Positions 32,914 to 36,963 of a stretch of DNA of 36,963 nt are shown one piece after another. Numbering within the stretch: the first letter of the stretch is position 1; each line of letters begins with the position of its first letter. This DNA comes from Octopus bimaculoides (taxonomy: Eukaryota): assembly GCF_001194135.2 (NCBI RefSeq), contig NC_068981.1, positions 115,123,977 to 115,160,939 of the forward strand, read 5' to 3'. The notes beneath the pieces are model-generated. The model searched no databases. It was given only the letters and a program-made list of their open reading frames with translations, and was not told the DNA's origin. Position numbers and translations under genes: made by a program.

Positions 32914-33620
32914 TCTTGTGTTATAATTGTTGCCTCGTATACAACGTCTTTCTTTTTACAATTTCTTTCCAATTTACAAGCATTAGGGTCGCTGCAATTG
33001 CAATTTGTATTTGTAGGTGGTGTAGTAGTGTTATATGTATATTTTGTTGAATTATAAGAGTTGTGGTTATTATTAGTATTGATATCGTTAATTGTAGCAT
33101 AATACGGTTAATTATTAATATTATTGGAGGTTCTAGGTTCAGTTTTATTAATTTTGTTTTCATAGAATTAATCTAGTTTCTTCTTATTAAATGAAGATAT
33201 TATCCTAACAAGATTTGGAGAAACTGAAAATCCAAATCTAATATGTTTATTATTAAATATTTTTGCGTATTTAGAGTTTTTGCAGTTATTACCAATAGCC
33301 ATTCTGATGAATCTAATAAAGTTTGATTTTAAGTGTTTTGCAAAGGGAATTATTATTCAAATGTTTTTCTCGTTGTCAGCTTTGGCAAAGAATTGGGTTG
33401 TATTCAGAGTCAATTTTTCTCATACATGGTATTGATTTCTTTTTTACGATGTTATTCCTATCCTTATTAATTAGAGTATTATGGTTATTCATATCATTAT
33501 AGTAATTTGTCTTATTTTGATTATTCCTACTTTTCATATCTTCATCAATTTACACCAGTAAACTTTCAGAAAAGTATGATGAATCAACGCTAGAAATCTT
33601 TTTGGAAACCACTACAATTA
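32480..33620 (-). mobile_element. Degenerate PLE 3' region (GIY-YIG), split by a (TA)n(GA)n expansion
   Basis: Minus: FSVSPNLVRIISSFNKKKL; TNCNCSDPNACKLERNCKKKDVVYEATI; after the repeat VKSRISNHEYTFRGHRKEDSTGLKIWHLK; then CRLCPEE. This is the PLE order 'CNC....CPL.G.C....VVY.A', 'FK.R..NH..SF', 'C.LC..EK'. Confidence 0.75.
32785..32910. repeat. (TA)n plus (GA)n microsatellite
   Basis: Seen directly. Confidence 0.98.
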
Positions 33621-33745
33621 AAAGACGAATGCACATTCAACCTTTTACACACGTAGATATATGCATATGTATGTATATGCATATATATAACTTTTACAAG
33701 TAATATTCTAAAAGAATATATAACTGAACTTATGTTGAGTGCTCA

Positions 33746-33777
<32 letters not shown>

Positions 33778-33808
33778 AATTGGGGATGGTCATATTGCTA
33801 GTTTAGCC

Positions 33809-33868
<60 letters not shown>

Positions 33869-34189
33869 GCATACTCCATCCATGCTCATAATCCTTGTTT
33901 TGTAACTCCTGTGCTGTCCCGTCGCTAGAAGGTCGTAGGGGTTCGCTTCCCTGCTCGTAATTTATCGGATGAAGCTCTGCATCGTTAACCAGCTAGAGGA
34001 GATGTTCTCTTGGGGTTAAAAAATCGCAGTAGAGTCCGTTCGAGCGGACAGTTATGTTGAAGTGGCTACGAATATTACTTGTTAGTAAAACTACTGCGTT
34101 GATCACTTAGAGAGATTTTAGAAGTAGCATTACATCGGCTATCAAGTGATGGTGGGGGACAAACACAGACACAAATACATACATATACA

Positions 34190-35030
34190 CAGTACTGTGC
34201 AAAAGTCTTCAGCTACTTTAAACTTTTGTAAATCTCAACTAATTACCAACTTATAAATGAATGTCTCGCATTGCGTTTTTTACGGATGAAACATTGGTCC
34301 TGTTGGAGTCATTTCCATACCTAATCATTATATTTTGTAGTAGGGGTTCTGAATGAGAGGGGAAGATGCGAGACGACCACCAAAAATGGCTGTATAAAAG
34401 ATTTTGGCCACCTCACATAAACCAATCAAGATACAGTATTTTAAAACAGAAAAATGTCTCATGAAAATTTATTACATAATGTTCATTTCAAGAAGTTACT
34501 GTACATTGTTAATATTTCATGTGTATTCCCTTAGCTTGAATATTTCGTGTGTATTTCGTTAATATTTCGTGTGTATTCCCTTAGCTTCATTGCGCCTGGG
34601 AAGAGATGCATGCAAATCCTTCACCATCTTCACAGGTATGAAATGCCATTCTCTGTGGCTGAGCTCCTGCAACTCTTCGAGATTGCGTGGATTCTTCTGA
34701 TGAACTCTTCTCTTTAGTTCTGTTAAGTCAGGGCTCTGAGCTGACCAATCTTTCAATACGGTAGCACTTTCATCAGCCAAATTCTGCAGTGTTGCACGTG
34801 ATATGCGGCATGGAGCTCCATCATGCTGAAAAATCTCACCTTCATCAAATTGTTCTTCAGCAACTGTATGTATTTCGCACTATTCAAGTTACATTTAATT
34901 TTAACCAACTTTCTTGAACCATCACTTTTTATGTATCCCCAAAGTATCAGACTCTTACCCCCCAAACTCCACTGTTTCCGTCGTGTAACGTGTGTCGTTT
35001 CTCTTTCTTGAAAGCCTTCTGACAAATTCT
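34190..35030 (-). mobile_element. Tc1 (DD34E-like) 3' half with one TIR
   Basis: Terminus CAGTACTGTGCAAAAGTC at 34190. Minus: GGKSLILWGYIKSDGSRKLVKIKCNLNSAKYIQLL and DWSAQSPDLTELKRRVHQKNPRNLEELQE..GIHTKY*. Confidence 0.9.
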
Positions 35031-36039
35031 CGCTTATTAGAAAGCGAAACGACCCACGTTACACGACGAAAACGGTCTGGAGGTAAGAGTCGATTGGCAT
35101 TTTAAAAAAGAAAGTTCGAAAAGGAACGAAAATATAAACTGGTTAAAGGAAATAATGCAAGATAAAATGAGAAATAAAGAAAAGAAAAAAAAAACAGTTG
35201 CAGCGGAAGGATGTTGAAGCTGAGATGAGACAGAAAANNNNNNNNNNNNNNNNNNNNNNNNNNNNNNNNNNNNNNNNNNNNNNNNNNNNNNNNNNNNNNN
35301 NNNNNNNNNNNNNNNNNNNNNNNNNNNNNNNNNNNNNNNNNNNNNNNNNNNNNNNNNNNNNNNNNNNNNNNNNNNNNNNNNNNNNNNNNNNNNNNNNNNN
35401 NNNNNNNNNNNNNNNNNNNNNNNNNNNNNNNNNNNNNNNNNNNNNNNNNNNNNNNNNNNNNNNNNNNNNNNNNNNNATATATATGCTAGTTTTCCACTCG
35501 TGACCTTCACAGCCCATGCAAATTAGCTGCAGTGCTCGTGCTAGAGGTTATTGCACCAACAGTCGGCCGATTCCATACTCACAGCGACGGGCATCGGGTA
35601 ACCGCCTCACTGGCAATTGAACAACCTACAATTTTCGGCCCAGTAAGGCTTGCACAGAACCTCACAGACTCTAACCACTACTCACACAGTCTAGTGACAA
35701 GCCAGGGTAAGATATCCAGTGCTAATATGGGTCGTAGTCTCAGGAATGTGAGAGCATTATGATTGCAGGCGCAAAAAATTCCCCAAATGTTTAATGCCAT
35801 TCTGGTTTTATATCAGTGAGGCCTTCTCCTAAAGACATATTTTGAAAAAAGCTAAGGAGTGCCTTACTCCCAGTGGCCTTCCAGCATGCTGGACACCAAC
35901 CCGGAAATGCTGAGCGATTGTTATCACTAGATTGTTGTCACTAGAATCTCGTTCAGGGCGACTGTCGACCTCTCGGACGATTGAAAACATTACAAAAATT
36001 CATAAATATGAGTAGTGTTCCTAGAGCTCCTCCCAACGA

Positions 36040-36690
36040 ATTTTGGTCGAGGAATTGCAGCAAAATTTGCGCCTCGCTTGCTCACGGAAGATCAAAATCA
36101 GTTAATACTGAAAGCGTGTCGTAAACTGAGAGAACAGCTGGATGTTGATCAGGACCTGGTGACGTAAGCTGGTCATACGACTACGACCGGAGACGAAGCA
36201 ACAACCATGTCAATGGAAGCACTCGACGTCACCACGCCCCGCAAAAGCGTGTCCAGTGAAGTCTAATGTCAAGACGATGCTGATTTGTTTCATCGATGCG
36301 AAAGGAATTATCCACTCAAAACTTGTTCCTCCTGATCAAACTGTTAACTAGACATTTTACTTGGCAGTCCTGGAGCATTTGCGAGACGCAGTGAGACGAA
36401 AACGCACCGGCCTGTAGTAAAGTGCAGAATAGTGGTTTCATCATGACAATGCGCCTGCACGCACCGCCATGAGGGTGAGACAGTTTTTTTTTTTTTACCA
36501 AAAATGGCATGACCCGGCTTATCCATCCTCCTTATTCATACAATCTTGCACCCTGCGACTTCGTTTTTGCAGATGTGGAAGAAGTGAAGAAAAAGACGAC
36601 GGAGGCGTTAAAAGGCATCACTTCGCAAGAGTTCCTGGACTGCTACGAACAGGGAGAATACGTGTCTAGACCGGTGCATTGCACCAATGT
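36040..36690 (+). mobile_element. Mariner (DD34D) transposase fragment, pseudogenised
   Basis: AAKFAPRLLTEDQ; SWSYDYD/ETKQQ..QWK; VKSNVKTMLICFIDAKGIIH; FHHDNAPA; HPPYSYNLAPCDF; FADVEEVKKKTTEALKGIT. Confidence 0.92.
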
Positions 36691-36704
36691 AAAGTGAATA
36701 AAAT

Positions 36705-36812
36705 AATATTCTTTTCTACTCTAGGCACAAGGCCCGAAATTTTGGGGGAGGGGGCCAGTCGATTAGATCGACCCCAGCACGCAACTGGTACTTAATTTAT
36801 CGACCCCGAAAG
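36705..36812 (-). mobile_element. SINE 3' portion (6998-7221-related family), 5'-truncated
   Basis: Minus: ctttcggggtcgataaattaagtaccagttgcgtgctggggtcgatctaatcgactggccccctcccccaaaatttcgggccttgtgcctagagtagaaaagaa. Confidence 0.85.
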
Positions 36813-36931
36813 ACACGACAAATGAGTAACAAGGGTGTTACTTATTTGCTGTTTATTCAACTTACTTCGAGTTGTGCGTATAATACCGGACTGACTTAGT
36901 GCCTCAACTTAAGTACATAATTCAACTGTAT

Positions 36932-36963
<32 letters not shown>

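Noticed and set aside
1-36963. CRISPR arrays, rRNA, prokaryotic operons or terminators
   Set aside because: No regularly spaced repeat-spacer array or rRNA-like sequence was seen, and the window is clearly eukaryotic repeat-rich DNA.

Overview
AT-rich eukaryotic draft sequence with many N-gaps and dense CA/TA/GA microsatellites. The SINE families look like those I associate with Octopus/coleoid cephalopod genomes (inference from recall, not a database hit). Most of the window is decayed mobile DNA: Penelope-like elements, Tx1-like, RTE and R4/Dong-like LINEs, six Tc1/mariner pieces plus a MITE, and about ten tRNA-derived SINEs. I recognise no intact host gene, rRNA, tRNA or CRISPR array, and the long ORFs in the supplied track are microsatellite or gap artefacts. 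The best leads are: (1) a near-complete type I hammerhead-ribozyme motif on the minus strand at 1198-1256, upstream of a Penelope RT; (2) a chain of short, well-bounded candidate exons on the minus strand (24.4 kb to 5.6 kb), suggesting an unrecognised long-intron gene; (3) a UGA in one candidate last exon that is followed directly by a hairpin and a 22-codon Cys-rich extension; (4) several fold-back structures (inverted SINE pair, Tc1 fold-back, 17-bp perfect hairpin). All translations and alignments were done by eye; element boundaries are approximate unless termini are quoted.
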